The position numbers and the translations under genes are program-made. A stretch of 64,000 nucleotides of DNA, taken from contig CAXXMV010000002.1 in NCBI GenBank assembly GCA_963662285.2, positions 1,280,001-1,344,000 on the forward strand, in the 5' to 3' direction. The notes beneath the pieces are model-generated. The model made no database searches and was not told the origin of the DNA. It saw only the letters and a program-made list of their open reading frames with translations. Source of the DNA: a bacterium (lineage in GTDB: Bacteria; Hinthialibacterota; Hinthialibacteria; Hinthialibacterales; Hinthialibacteraceae). Positions 9,520-20,377 of this stretch are shown here, one piece after another (the first letter of the stretch is position 1; every line of letters starts with the position of its first letter).

Positions 9520-10416
9520 ATGATAGATTCAAGGGCTTTTTCAGTTAAATCTGATGGAGTATCGATTATTGTTCCAATATTCAACGAAGAGAATAGCATA
9601 AAATCTTTTCTCGCAGAGCTGAAACAATATATAGATTCAGTTTCGTTTCCCGTCGAAGTGGTTCTGGTCGACGATGGTTCCACCGACCATACTCCGGAAT
9701 ATTTAGAAGAAACGTCCTTCACTGTGATTCGTCGTCATATTAACTGTGGATATGGGGCGGCAATCAAATGCGGGATAGATAACAGCCAATATGAAGCCAT
9801 AGTTATCATTGACGCAGATGGCACTTATCCGCCTCATGAGATTGGACCGATAGTTGAATTGCTGGAACATAACGACATGGTGGTCGGAGCGCGCACCGGG
9901 CCTGACGCCAAAATACCCTGGATTAGACGTCCTGCTAAATGGTTGATCCGGCTTTTCGCTGGTTGGATAGTGCGCTACCCGATTCCCGACCTGAATTCGG
10001 GGCTTCGAGCTATAAGAAGAACGCAGTTAAAACCGGTGCAGCGTTTGTTGCCGGATGGTTTTTCATTAACCACTACGCTTACGGTGGCCTTTCTCTCAAC
10101 CGGTAAACGGGTGCATTATCAACCTATTCAATACTTGAAAAGATCGGGTTCATCTAAATTCCATCCGATTCATGATACTTGGAACATGATATTGCTGATC
10201 TTGAGGACGGTGGTGTTATTACGCCCCTTAAATGTATTTATCCCTCTGAGTTTTACTCTAGCCATAATGGCAATAGGCGTATTGATTTACAGTAAATTAT
10301 TCACTGAACAATTCATGGACGCCACATTTATTGTTCTGATGATGGCCAGCGTTCAAATGTTCGTCCTGGGATTAATCGCTGATTTGATTGTTCGCATTAA
10401 CTTGTGGACTCATTAG
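9520..10416 (+). CDS. Glycosyltransferase family 2 (DPM/DPG synthase-like)
   Basis: SIIVPIFNEE, VDDGSTD, IDADGTYP, DLNSGLR; two C-terminal TM helices. Confidence 0.88.
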   Translation: MIDSRAFSVKSDGVSIIVPIFNEENSIKSFLAELKQYIDSVSFPVEVVLVDDGSTDHTPEYLEETSFTVIRRHINCGYGAAIKCGIDNSQYEAIVIIDADGTYPPHEIGPIVELLEHNDMVVGARTGPDAKIPWIRRPAKWLIRLFAGWIVRYPIPDLNSGLRAIRRTQLKPVQRLLPDGFSLTTTLTVAFLSTGKRVHYQPIQYLKRSGSSKFHPIHDTWNMILLILRTVVLLRPLNVFIPLSFTLAIMAIGVLIYSKLFTEQFMDATFIVLMMASVQMFVLGLIADLIVRINLWTH

Positions 10417-10465
10417 AACGCTATACATAAATATAATTCTGAAAATAGTTTGAAGAGTTAAAATA

Positions 10466-12334
10466 ATGACTAGGAAGGAACCTGCATCAATGCGAGATTT
10501 ATTGAGATGTGCAGTTCTCGGAATCATCATAATCAGCTGCGCTTTTGTGAATCAATGCGCCAAAAAAGATATCCCGATTAACCGGCCGGCGCAGGATCAG
10601 ATAGTGATGTCTATAGGCGATTATCAATTGACCGTCGGCGATTTGCTGGTTGCTTTTCAAGAAGAAAAATCTTTCGATTTCATACTTATCAATAAAGTGA
10701 ATAATAACTTGGCCCCAGCAATTATAGAATTTGGTACGGGCGTCATTTGTGAACATTTTTTTGCGGAACAAGCGCGGGAAGCGGGATTGGATAAAAAACC
10801 GGAATTCGAGGAAGCCCACAAGAATGCCGTCAAGGATGAACTTTATCAAAAAGTTATCCTGAATGACGTAATAAAAAAAATCCGTTTGACGGATCAGGAA
10901 ATAAAGCGCTATTACGATGAAAACCTTAAGAGCCTTTTTTTAAAGCCTAATACTAATGTGCTGCTTATAAGGGGTATCTGGATTTCTTATGAAAAGCGCA
11001 GTCGAGAGGAAGCGCAAGAACTGGCTCAGCAGGCTTACCAGAGGCTTCAAAAAGGCGATCCCTTTGAGGTGGTAGCCCTTAAATATTCGGAAGCTGAGTT
11101 ACATAAACGTGGAAAACCCAATAAGGTGCCTCCCGGAATGTTTGATCCGGAAATTGCTGCGCAGATTGAGCCATTGGAAGATGGAGAGTATACCGCACCG
11201 TTTGAATTTACGCAAAAAAAACGTTTTTATATTATGAAAAAAGTCCGCTTTATCGATGCGGAATATCATCCTTTTGAAAGTATGCGTAAGAATATTATTC
11301 AATCATTGGCGTCTAAAAGACAAAACGATGAAATATTTTTATTGAGTCAGCAATTACAGAAAAAACACCATCTACTGGTAAATTCCAGCTGGATCGAGAA
11401 TGCTGACGATGTGCAAGATGATGCAGTTATTATATCTGTTCCACCCATATACGAGTTAACTTTGGGAGAATTTAAAGAATACGCCAGACAACAAAACAAA
11501 TGGACTCCGCAGGATAAGAAGGATTATCTTTCGTTCCTGGGTAATAAAGCCGTTTATCTTGCTGAATCTTATAGCCGGAATTGGAGCGAAGCGGATGTCG
11601 CTAAGGCTATTGAATATTGGGATCGTAATAAATTGGCCAAGTTATGGATTAATCATATAATGGATGCAAAATATCCTATTACTGAACAACAAATACGTGA
11701 TATTTATGATAAGAATAAAAACCATCCCAATCTTTACACGCCTGCTTTATATGATCTAAGCCAATTACTATTCAGCATCCCGGTTACGCCTTCAACCTCA
11801 ATTTACCAGACTCAAATACTGTTTGCTCAAGCGAAAGCGCAGGCGGACAAAGCATATGAAGCAATACAGAATGGCATGTCGTTCGATGAAGCCGCGCTTC
11901 AATTCGCTCAACAGGATAATATAACAGTAATCCATAAACGTTTTAGAGATATTCCTCTCATTGGATTTAGTCCAAAAATCCAAGATTCTATAGCGCCGGG
12001 CGATGGTCCGGCAATGAAAGTTGGCGATATCAGTGAACCAGAGCGTCTTCATAATCTGACCAAGGAAGAATATGGATACGAGATATTTTATTTGAGGAAT
12101 GTTACTCCATCGGTACCAATGAATTATGAAGAAGCGCGAGTGGAGATTGGGCGGCGAGTAGCGAATAATTTGTCCTTGAAAATTCGACAGGATTTAGAAA
12201 AAGAGTTTATGAGCAAGCAGCAGTTATCTCTTAATCAAGAAGGGCTGCAATCAGTAATAGATTACCTGGCGACATTGGTTGACCGTCCTGATTGGCAGGC
12301 GGATATCACCCGGTACGAAGAACCGGATTCGTAA
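10466..12334 (+). CDS. Parvulin-type peptidyl-prolyl isomerase / foldase with two PpiC-like domains
   Basis: N-terminal anchor; LQKGDPFEVVALKYSE and IQNGMSFDEAALQF; GDISEP. Confidence 0.7.
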   Translation: MTRKEPASMRDLLRCAVLGIIIISCAFVNQCAKKDIPINRPAQDQIVMSIGDYQLTVGDLLVAFQEEKSFDFILINKVNNNLAPAIIEFGTGVICEHFFAEQAREAGLDKKPEFEEAHKNAVKDELYQKVILNDVIKKIRLTDQEIKRYYDENLKSLFLKPNTNVLLIRGIWISYEKRSREEAQELAQQAYQRLQKGDPFEVVALKYSEAELHKRGKPNKVPPGMFDPEIAAQIEPLEDGEYTAPFEFTQKKRFYIMKKVRFIDAEYHPFESMRKNIIQSLASKRQNDEIFLLSQQLQKKHHLLVNSSWIENADDVQDDAVIISVPPIYELTLGEFKEYARQQNKWTPQDKKDYLSFLGNKAVYLAESYSRNWSEADVAKAIEYWDRNKLAKLWINHIMDAKYPITEQQIRDIYDKNKNHPNLYTPALYDLSQLLFSIPVTPSTSIYQTQILFAQAKAQADKAYEAIQNGMSFDEAALQFAQQDNITVIHKRFRDIPLIGFSPKIQDSIAPGDGPAMKVGDISEPERLHNLTKEEYGYEIFYLRNVTPSVPMNYEEARVEIGRRVANNLSLKIRQDLEKEFMSKQQLSLNQEGLQSVIDYLATLVDRPDWQADITRYEEPDS

Positions 12335-12363
12335 ACAAATATGGTAGTAAAAGAGAGATTGAC

Positions 12364-13806
12364 ATGAAGATATTATTTGCTGCATCGGAAATTGCGCCGC
12401 TCGCTCAAACTGGCGGTTTAGCCGCAGTTATGAAAAGTCTGCCCGCGGCTTTGAAGCAGAATGGCATTGAAACAGCTTTAGTAATGCCTAAATACCGCCA
12501 TATTGAGGCGGAAGAAGATGAATTGGCCCTGATAAATATTCCAGTTGAAGATAAATTGATTAAGGGACGCATTCAACGGACTACATTGCCAAATTCTAAC
12601 ATTCCCGTCTTCCTGATAGAACAAGACGATTATTACGACCGGGACGGATTATATACAGAACAAGGGCGCGACTATTCCGATAATCTGGAACGTTATACAT
12701 TCTTCTGCCGTGCGGTATTGGAGTTAATAGCGCGAGGTATATTTAAGGCCGATATCATCCACGCCAATGATTGGCAGACGGCGTTGATTCCGGTATATAT
12801 AAAGACTTTATTCAAAGACCATCTATTATTAAGCAAAATTAAAACCTTATATACCATGCACAATATGGCCTACCAAGGTCTTTTCCCCATATTCCATTAT
12901 CCAATTCTGGGCTTGGGGTGGGAGCATTTCAATATTGAAGAATTGGAATTTTATAATCAGATCAACCTGATGAAAGGCGGAATCGTCTGGGCAGACGCTA
13001 TCAATACAGTTAGTTCGACTTATGCCAAAGAAATTCAAACTATCGAATTTGGATACGGACTAGACGGTATAATTAAAGAAAATAATGCCCGATTGCATGG
13101 TATTTTGAATTGCATAGATTATAACGAATGGTCGCCTGACAAAGACTCATATATTTCGGCTAAGTATGATGTTGATACAGTTATAGACGGTAAAGCAAAA
13201 AATAAGATTGCTCTGCTTAAGGAATTCGGATTGCCCATTCCTAAGACTCGTAAACCACTTATGGGCATGGTTGCCAGGTTAACCCTCCAAAAAGGTTGTG
13301 ATCTGCTGATAGAGATATTGCCACAACTGATCCAGAACGGCGCTCAAGTAATCGTGCTGGGAACCGGCGACCCGAAACTGGAAGATCAGCTCATGTCATT
13401 GAAAAAGAAATTCCCCGAATCCTTCGGCGTCGTTATAGATTATGACACGCGTTTATCACATTGCATCGAAGCCGGATCAGATATCTTTCTAATGCCTTCG
13501 CGATTTGAACCGTGTGGATTAAACCAGATGTATTCACTGCGGTATGGCAGCATTCCCATAGTTCATTTAATTGGCGGGCTGGCCGACACGGTTACTGATA
13601 TTAATCTGTCGGATGAGGGCAATGGGTTTACTTTTGATCAGGAAACCCCGGAGGCCTTTTTGGGGACCTGCAATCGCGCCATGAAATTTTTCGAAGATCC
13701 ATCAGCCTGGAAAAAACTTATACAAAGGGCTATGAGAATTGATTTTTCATGGAATCGATCCGCGCAGGAGTACATAAGCATTTATAAGTCTTTACTGGAA
13801 GATTAG
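12364..13806 (+). CDS. glgA: Glycogen synthase
   Basis: MKILFAASEIAPLAQTGGLA, HANDWQT, MPSRFEPCGLNQMYSLRYG, GGLADTV. Confidence 0.93.
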   Translation: MKILFAASEIAPLAQTGGLAAVMKSLPAALKQNGIETALVMPKYRHIEAEEDELALINIPVEDKLIKGRIQRTTLPNSNIPVFLIEQDDYYDRDGLYTEQGRDYSDNLERYTFFCRAVLELIARGIFKADIIHANDWQTALIPVYIKTLFKDHLLLSKIKTLYTMHNMAYQGLFPIFHYPILGLGWEHFNIEELEFYNQINLMKGGIVWADAINTVSSTYAKEIQTIEFGYGLDGIIKENNARLHGILNCIDYNEWSPDKDSYISAKYDVDTVIDGKAKNKIALLKEFGLPIPKTRKPLMGMVARLTLQKGCDLLIEILPQLIQNGAQVIVLGTGDPKLEDQLMSLKKKFPESFGVVIDYDTRLSHCIEAGSDIFLMPSRFEPCGLNQMYSLRYGSIPIVHLIGGLADTVTDINLSDEGNGFTFDQETPEAFLGTCNRAMKFFEDPSAWKKLIQRAMRIDFSWNRSAQEYISIYKSLLED

Positions 13807-13933
13807 AAAAATTGCCATATAGTTATCGAGTAAGTAATATTAAGTTAAAGACAGGTTGTATGATTAACGCTCTACTCTAATTACGCCGTTATGCTGTAAA
13901 AGGTTTATAAAACCAAAGGGGAATCTTAATCAA

Positions 13934-16036
13934 ATGACCTCTTCCAAGCCGGTTTTTCTGCATATTATGTGGCATCAGCATCAACCTTGGTATGTCGAGC
14001 CGGGATCCAAGCGTTGCGTAATGCCTTGGGTGCGTTTGCATGGAGTTAAGGATTATTATGATATTGCATGGTTGAGTAAAGAATACGACGGCTGGAAGCA
14101 GACCATAAATCTGGTTCCGTCATTACTTGAACAATTGCAACGCTATAACAATGGTTCTTTGACTGACGAATATTGGGAACTGAGTTGTAAATCAGCCAAT
14201 CAACTTACCAACGAAGAAAAAGAGAAAATACTGACATGCTTTTTTGACGCCCATGCGCCGCGCATGATTCATCCCTTTCCCAGGTATGATGAACTTTTCC
14301 GTAAACGGGGACGTTTAGCGGCTAATGCGGTGGACCGTTTTTCAGAGCAGGATATCCGCGACCTGCAGGTATGGCATAATTTATCCTGGATTGATCCGAT
14401 ATGGCGAGAGAATCCAGACCTTCCGCTTCGCGCCCTGATTAAAAAACAGAAGAATTTTTCTGAAGAAGAGAAACATCAAGTACTGGATATTCAAAAAGAT
14501 ATTCTCAAAAAAATAATCCCCATCCATCAGGAGTTATATAATAAAGGCAAGATTCAGCTAACCTGTTCGCCTTACTATCATCCGATTCTTCCCTTATTGT
14601 GCAATACATCGATTGCGCAGGTTTCTAATCCACGCGATCCGGTGCCGGAACCGGCTTTTTCGAATCCAGAGGATGCCGAATGGCAGATAAGAGAAGGCGT
14701 TAAGGCTTTTAAGCGCATCATCGGAGCTGATCCGGTGGGTATGTGGCCTTCGGAAGGTTCGGTGTCAGATCAGGCATGCGCGATAATGGCGCAGGAAAAA
14801 GTCTCCTTCTTTGCAACGGATGAAGCGATACTGCTGCAATCTGAGTTCATTCATGGTAATAAGCCGGAACGTTCTGAACTATACCGCCTGCATCGTTTAG
14901 AGACCGCCAAAGGAGAAATTGACTGCGTTTTCAGGGATCATGGCTTGTCTGATCTTATTGGATTCGTTTATCAGAACCGCGATCCCAAAGATGCCGCCAA
15001 GGATTTTATTTCACATCTCAAAAACATTGGCAACGATTGGAAAGATAAAGCGCCTCCTCTGGTGAACGTTATCCTGGATGGCGAGAACTGTTGGGAATTT
15101 TACGCCCGCGATGGACATGACTTTCTGCGTTATTTTATCGAAGGAATATTAAAAGAGCCGCAGGTTATATCAACTACCGTGCCGGAATACCGGGCGCTTT
15201 ATCCTGCTGAACCGACCTTGAAATCGATTCATCCCGGTTCGTGGATCAACTCCAATTACCGCATCTGGATCGGTCATCAGGAAGATAACGCTGCATGGCA
15301 TTTCCTGCGCCAGGCCAGGGAAATACTGGTAGAAAAAGAAGCTGGATTGATTAAAGAAGTTAGGGCGACAGCCTGGGAAATGCTGCATATCTGTGAAGGC
15401 AGCGATTGGTTCTGGTGGTATGGTGATATTAATTCTTCGCAGCATGATATGTTGTTTGATCACCTGTTCCGCGTCCATCTGATTTACCTCTACGAACAGA
15501 TTGGTGAACCAGCGCCGCCGATGTTGCATCAACCGATTAAACAAACCAAAAAAGTATTCAAAGCGGGAGGCGTCCTTTTCCGCCAACCTGTGCTTGGCAG
15601 TGGGCGCAAGGGTTATTATAACTGGGTTGGTACGCAAGCCATATCAGCTAAAAGCGGTGGCGGGGCGATGCATCAAGCCGATGAATTCGAAGCGGATATT
15701 AGGTATGGCAGAATGAATAATTCTCTATCGCTGCTGGTGTCATTTAAGGATAAGGCGCCATTTGAGAATAAATGCCAAATCCGGCTGAATATCACTAAAC
15801 CCGTGAGTAAAACGATCACTATCACGCCAGAAACAAAACAAAATGCGGTGATAGGCGATAACTCGCTTGAAGCAATCATCGACCTTAATGAAATTGGTCT
15901 CGAAGAGAAGCAGGAAGCATGGTTTTATCTTGAATTTGAACCAAACCAGGAGCCGGCCTTCATGCTGCCGCATGGCGGTGAATTGTATCTGCATGGATAT
16001 AGCGCTTCTAACGCCAGTTTGCATTGGTTTTTATAA
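13934..16036 (+). CDS. Glycoside hydrolase family 57 (amylopullulanase-like)
   Basis: WHQHQP, MPWVRLH, YYHPILPLL, GMWPSEGSVS, ILDGENCWE, EGSDWFWW. Confidence 0.92.
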   Translation: MTSSKPVFLHIMWHQHQPWYVEPGSKRCVMPWVRLHGVKDYYDIAWLSKEYDGWKQTINLVPSLLEQLQRYNNGSLTDEYWELSCKSANQLTNEEKEKILTCFFDAHAPRMIHPFPRYDELFRKRGRLAANAVDRFSEQDIRDLQVWHNLSWIDPIWRENPDLPLRALIKKQKNFSEEEKHQVLDIQKDILKKIIPIHQELYNKGKIQLTCSPYYHPILPLLCNTSIAQVSNPRDPVPEPAFSNPEDAEWQIREGVKAFKRIIGADPVGMWPSEGSVSDQACAIMAQEKVSFFATDEAILLQSEFIHGNKPERSELYRLHRLETAKGEIDCVFRDHGLSDLIGFVYQNRDPKDAAKDFISHLKNIGNDWKDKAPPLVNVILDGENCWEFYARDGHDFLRYFIEGILKEPQVISTTVPEYRALYPAEPTLKSIHPGSWINSNYRIWIGHQEDNAAWHFLRQAREILVEKEAGLIKEVRATAWEMLHICEGSDWFWWYGDINSSQHDMLFDHLFRVHLIYLYEQIGEPAPPMLHQPIKQTKKVFKAGGVLFRQPVLGSGRKGYYNWVGTQAISAKSGGGAMHQADEFEADIRYGRMNNSLSLLVSFKDKAPFENKCQIRLNITKPVSKTITITPETKQNAVIGDNSLEAIIDLNEIGLEEKQEAWFYLEFEPNQEPAFMLPHGGELYLHGYSASNASLHWFL

Positions 16037-16130
16037 TTTGCGTGTACAAGGTTTTTTTCCATTTTTAAGTTAAATATGCTTTGAACAATTAGCGTCTAAC
16101 ATTGTGATATAGATTATAAAAAGTTATTGC

Positions 16131-16170
16131 ATCAAGGGCTGACCGCATTGCGGTCTTGCCCTTGGCACCC
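16131..16170. repeat. ATCAAGGG-hairpin-CCCTTGGCRCCC element, copy 1
   Basis: atcaagggctgaccgc-att-gcggtcttgcccttggcaccc; shares ends with 21179-21212. Confidence 0.5.
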
Positions 16171-16212
16171 ATGCTTTGGATTAATATTTGACAAAATAGT
16201 ATTCAGATAGGT

Positions 16213-17019
16213 ATGAATGACAAAACAATGAAAACTATAAATACAAAACAGATAAATTCTCTGGTTTTATACATAGCATGGTTTGGCGCATTGGCTATTC
16301 TGGCGGTATTTCTGTTTTTGAATGATGCCCAAGCGGAGCAGAAACTCAGTAAAGCCCGTATTCCAGGAGGCCAGGCGATAGATAAGGCGGCCAAGGTATG
16401 GGATGTTATATATGACTATCAGGCGGTTCTGCAACATACCGCCAAGTATCAAAATGGCAGAGTTAAGCAATTTTCGGCGCGGGCTTTTATGACCCGGCCC
16501 ATCAAAGAGAAAAGCGATGTGGAATCATCTTTTTTGTTAGAATTGTTTGAGGGAGAATCCGGTATACCTAAAGATGCTACTCCAACCAAAATTTATTACG
16601 CCGACGCTGGACAAAATTTCTATACCATTAATCCCAAAACCAACACTATCACTATAGAAAAAATGAATGAGCAAACCAGCCCGTTGCCGGAAGAATTCAT
16701 GTATCTGGCGGGTTTTCTGGATTTTGATATCAAAGAGTTTAAAGAGAAAGCCTATATTCATAGCGATGTATATCAGGAAACTATTGATGAAGTTTCTACC
16801 TATAGGATTTTGATTAAACCGCGTAAGGCTAAAAGCGATATCGAACCGCCCCGTTATCTGTGGATCGACCGTGAAACCAGTCTGCCCAAGCAGTTTTTGA
16901 TTGAGGGCGACGTCGAAGCGACCATACTCTTTTCTGATACTTTGATTAATCAGGGATTAAAGAGTGAGGAATTGGTTCCCGATGTTCCTAAGAATGCTAT
17001 TATTGATGATAAGAGGTGA
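16213..17019 (+). CDS. LolA-fold lipoprotein carrier-like protein
   Basis: N-terminal TM/signal; beta-rich, YRILIKPR...LWIDRETSLP...FSDTLINQGL typical of the LolA fold. Confidence 0.6.
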   Translation: MNDKTMKTINTKQINSLVLYIAWFGALAILAVFLFLNDAQAEQKLSKARIPGGQAIDKAAKVWDVIYDYQAVLQHTAKYQNGRVKQFSARAFMTRPIKEKSDVESSFLLELFEGESGIPKDATPTKIYYADAGQNFYTINPKTNTITIEKMNEQTSPLPEEFMYLAGFLDFDIKEFKEKAYIHSDVYQETIDEVSTYRILIKPRKAKSDIEPPRYLWIDRETSLPKQFLIEGDVEATILFSDTLINQGLKSEELVPDVPKNAIIDDKR

Positions 17020-17047
17020 ATTGGATTTCATGTGATTGGGTTTTTGT

Positions 17048-17133
17048 GTAGGGGCGTCTCTTGTGGGCGCCCGGATCACGCATCAACCATAGGTGGAAAT
17101 CATATTCGGGTAACCACAAGGGATTACCCCTAC
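17048..17133. repeat. GTAG-family REP pair (REPIN-like)
   Basis: GTAGGGGCGtctcttgtggGCGCCC (17048-17072) and inverted GGGtaaccacaagggattaCCCCTAC (17108-17133). Confidence 0.7.
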
Positions 17134-17220
17134 GGCGGGTGGAAGGATTATCTGGATTCTATGTGATCCGGTTATTGTAATATTTAAGAATTGATCATTT
17201 GCTAAGGTGGTTCTTATCAA

Positions 17221-17306
17221 CCCTCACCTAGCCTCTCCCAATCTTGGGAGAGGAATACTGTTCCACCCAACAACCTGCTTAAACCTAAAATCCCTCTCCC
17301 CTTATA
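17221..17306. repeat. CCTCTCCC..GGGAGAGG palindromic repeat, copy 1
   Basis: ccctcacctagcctctcccaatcttgggagaggaat plus partial partner aaaatccctctcccc. Confidence 0.7.
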
Positions 17307-17337
17307 ATCGAATTACCATTTTTTAAGGATCAACAAC

Positions 17338-18981
17338 TCATGTGGGGGTATGGATGCTGGGATCGAATTTCTCGAAAGCCCATGCTATGCATTGAACCAC
17401 CGCGAATCCGCAGCCGGTTAGCAGCGTGAAACTGATAGCTAAGAAGACCAATATGCTTTTGTTACTCAAGAAATAGCCGCCTACTCCAAGCCCGATGATG
17501 CTGCCCATGATTAATATGATGACTATGAATTTCAAGAAGAAAACCACCATCATTCTGCCGAAGCCTTGAAAATCTCCGGGGCCGACCTTGGCGATGCGTA
17601 CGGGATATAGCAGGAAAATTATATTTTCCAGCCCGAAAAGTAGAAGGTTGAAGGATGGCGCCAGCAGTATTCCGGCTAATAATAATGAGAAATTATTCTT
17701 CACGCCAATCGCCAAACCTCCAAATATAATCATTTCGAGCATGGATACAATCAATACTGGAGTTAAAACCTGACCTATGGCGATAGGCAGTGAATCAATC
17801 GGAATCATCTTTATCCAATCCATGCGGTCGATGTCGCTGCGGAAATCGAAGGGAAACCATTGAGTTAAGAAGATGCTGTACATAGTGATGATGATAAGAA
17901 AGAAAGGCACGCTTTCATCGGATACGCCTTTCATGACGATCATTGGTCCGATGCCCATGCTTACGATAAATAATAGAAGCAGTACGCCTTTGGAATTGCG
18001 CATGGCGGTGGTCAATTGGCGCCATAGTATTGGTCCAGCGCCGCCAAGCCAGGGAAGAAGGGGAAGGCTCCATTTGGCGGTTTTTCTATTGGAACTTATG
18101 GCCGCCACACCGCCTTGTCTCATGCGTTCTAACTTGGCGTATTTCTTTTCTGATACGGATAGAGAGGTTTCAAGGTAATTGGCGTCCAGCGAGATAACGC
18201 AGCAAAACAGCAATATATCTATACCGGCTGCGGCGGAACCCCAGATAAGTAGATCATAGAATGACGGCGCCATTACAGTACGTACAAACACATCGAAGGG
18301 CGCGAGGATTACGCCGCCGTACCAATTGTCTCTGACCATCTGCGCCAGAACCAGCGGTTTCAATAGAAGTTCCTGGGCAGCCTGCCAGTCGATTCCTTTC
18401 CATAATCCAATAATGATAAGCACGCCGATGGTTAACAGGATATTTTTTCTGGGAAGAGTATAGGCGTGTTTACTTACTATCAAACTTATAAAGGCGACTA
18501 TCATGCTGAAGAAATGCAGGAAAAGCAGGATGAAGAAAATCCCCAGATAACATGCGATATATAAATTAGTAAAACGCATAAAAAAACACGACATGAATAG
18601 CGCAACGAATATGATGTTCATCACACTGGTGATAATTTTATAGATCACCAGATCACGTCGCTTAAAAGGTCCGGGGAAAAGGAACTCAATTTCTCCGGCT
18701 GTAAAATAAATAGCTTTGGATTTGATCGCACTAGCTAAGGCGAGCAGGCAAAACACCAGAAGCAGGAAAGGCAAAAAGGCGCTGATATATGGCGCGGCGA
18801 TCTCACGGGATTTTGTATCGGTGAAGGCCATTAATATTGATGGCCCGATCCATAAGATGAATACGATAAGGCCAACCAGAAAGTACATCACGCCGCGCAA
18901 TGTTTTTAAGCTGCGTAGGGCGCGCCGGATTTTGCTCATGTATTGAGATTTAATCAGTAATGGAAGCGCGGGATGTATCAT
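17338..18981 (-). CDS. Putative ABC exporter permease
   Basis: ~12 TM helices, FTAGEIEFLFPGPFKRRDL, PFDFRSD; coupled to upstream ATPase. Confidence 0.8.
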   Translation of the reverse strand: MIHPALPLLIKSQYMSKIRRALRSLKTLRGVMYFLVGLIVFILWIGPSILMAFTDTKSREIAAPYISAFLPFLLLVFCLLALASAIKSKAIYFTAGEIEFLFPGPFKRRDLVIYKIITSVMNIIFVALFMSCFFMRFTNLYIACYLGIFFILLFLHFFSMIVAFISLIVSKHAYTLPRKNILLTIGVLIIIGLWKGIDWQAAQELLLKPLVLAQMVRDNWYGGVILAPFDVFVRTVMAPSFYDLLIWGSAAAGIDILLFCCVISLDANYLETSLSVSEKKYAKLERMRQGGVAAISSNRKTAKWSLPLLPWLGGAGPILWRQLTTAMRNSKGVLLLLFIVSMGIGPMIVMKGVSDESVPFFLIIITMYSIFLTQWFPFDFRSDIDRMDWIKMIPIDSLPIAIGQVLTPVLIVSMLEMIIFGGLAIGVKNNFSLLLAGILLAPSFNLLLFGLENIIFLLYPVRIAKVGPGDFQGFGRMMVVFFLKFIVIILIMGSIIGLGVGGYFLSNKSILVFLAISFTLLTGCGFAVVQCIAWAFEKFDPSIHTPT

Positions 18982-19793
18982 TATTTATTATCCAATGGTT
19001 TCTCAGCCGTATAGTTATCTTCGGTGGCGCGGAAGAAGACTTCTTCGAGCGAGGCGTCGCCTTCCTGATCTTTGAATTGCCGCCGCGCTTCATCGACGCT
19101 GCCGAAGAAGATGCGCTGGCCGCGATGCAGAATGAGCAGGTGAGAGCAGAGGTCTTCGACCAGCGACAACAGATGCGAACTGATTATTACGGCGGCGCCG
19201 GATTGGGCATGTTCGACGATAGAGGCTTTTAATGAGCGGATAGCCCGCGGGTCGAGACCAGTCAGCGGCTCGTCGAACAGGATGATGCGCGGGTCGTGCA
19301 GGTAAGCGCAGCAGATGGCGACCTTCTGTCTCATGCCGCGTGATAATTCCACCGCGATGGAATCGCGCTTTTCTTCTAAATCGAAGCGTTGCAGCAGCTG
19401 ATTCGCTTTATCTTCATAATCTTTCACCCTATAGGCCGATGCGATGAACTTTATGTGTTCCCAGATGGTGAGCGAATCGAATAAGCGGGGATCATCGGGT
19501 ACGTAGGCCAGTTGACGCTTAGCTGCTACCGGGTCTGACAGTATATCGTTGCCGGAGATTAATAGTTCGCCTCGTGTGGGGGTGATGATGCCGCACACCG
19601 CCCGAAGGGTGGTGGTTTTGCCCGCGCCATTGGGGCCTACCAATCCCAGGATGTCACCTGCACGCACCTCAAAACTGAGGTCTTCGACCGCTACTGTTTC
19701 GCGATATTGTTTATGATAGTTTTTGACATCGACCAAGGCGTGGTTTTGAGGGCGGTCAGTATTAATATGCTGCTCGGTATGATTATTTGTCAT
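18981..19793 (-). CDS. ABC transporter ATP-binding protein (ABC-2/EcsA-like)
   Basis: GPNGAGKTT, LSRGMRQK, LFDEPLTGLDP, SSHLL. Confidence 0.92.
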   Translation of the reverse strand: MTNNHTEQHINTDRPQNHALVDVKNYHKQYRETVAVEDLSFEVRAGDILGLVGPNGAGKTTTLRAVCGIITPTRGELLISGNDILSDPVAAKRQLAYVPDDPRLFDSLTIWEHIKFIASAYRVKDYEDKANQLLQRFDLEEKRDSIAVELSRGMRQKVAICCAYLHDPRIILFDEPLTGLDPRAIRSLKASIVEHAQSGAAVIISSHLLSLVEDLCSHLLILHRGQRIFFGSVDEARRQFKDQEGDASLEEVFFRATEDNYTAEKPLDNK

Positions 19794-19850
19794 ATTTATC
19801 TCTCGTATAGCTCTCGTGCGTTTGGCGTGACATCATTGCTTCGGGTTATG

Positions 19851-20330
19851 CTATTCTCTTCCTTCAGGTTTAGGGCGCAGTTTTTTGCCGTCCAGCCAAC
19901 CTTCAGAGGCATTGTCGATATGATCGAATTTTGGAGCATAGGGCTTTATGTCGATCAATGGAGAACCATCTAATATATCTATACGACTCACATCAATGAT
20001 ATTTTTATTGCGTCCTTCAAGTTTGACGATTGAGAGGCCGATTTTATTCGGCCTGAATGGGTGTCTCATGGCGAAGATACCGTGAGGAGCATCATCCATG
20101 AAGGGATACCGGACTAATGTTGTCTCATCAGCCCGGTCAAAATGGTAGAGCAGAATGAGGTGAGAGAACATCTCAATATCCAGTAAGCCCTCTTCGTATT
20201 CAGGAAATACTTCGATTCGCCCTTTACCTTCAGGCTTGGCGCAGCCCTGGATGGGGCACTCTTCCTTAGTCTTGTATGGTGAGTGGATTATTCCAATGGG
20301 TTGAATGATGTGTTGTGTTTTTTTATTCAT
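19851..20330 (-). CDS. tsaA: tRNA m6t6A37 methyltransferase TsaA/TrmO family
   Basis: PIGIIHSPY...CPIQG, GIFAMRHPFRPNKIGLS, DILDGSPLIDIKPY. Confidence 0.88.
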   Translation of the reverse strand: MNKKTQHIIQPIGIIHSPYKTKEECPIQGCAKPEGKGRIEVFPEYEEGLLDIEMFSHLILLYHFDRADETTLVRYPFMDDAPHGIFAMRHPFRPNKIGLSIVKLEGRNKNIIDVSRIDILDGSPLIDIKPYAPKFDHIDNASEGWLDGKKLRPKPEGRE

Positions 20331-20377
20331 GGTATCTTTCTGGTTGGTGATTTCTGTATAAGGGTGGTCGCAATCAA

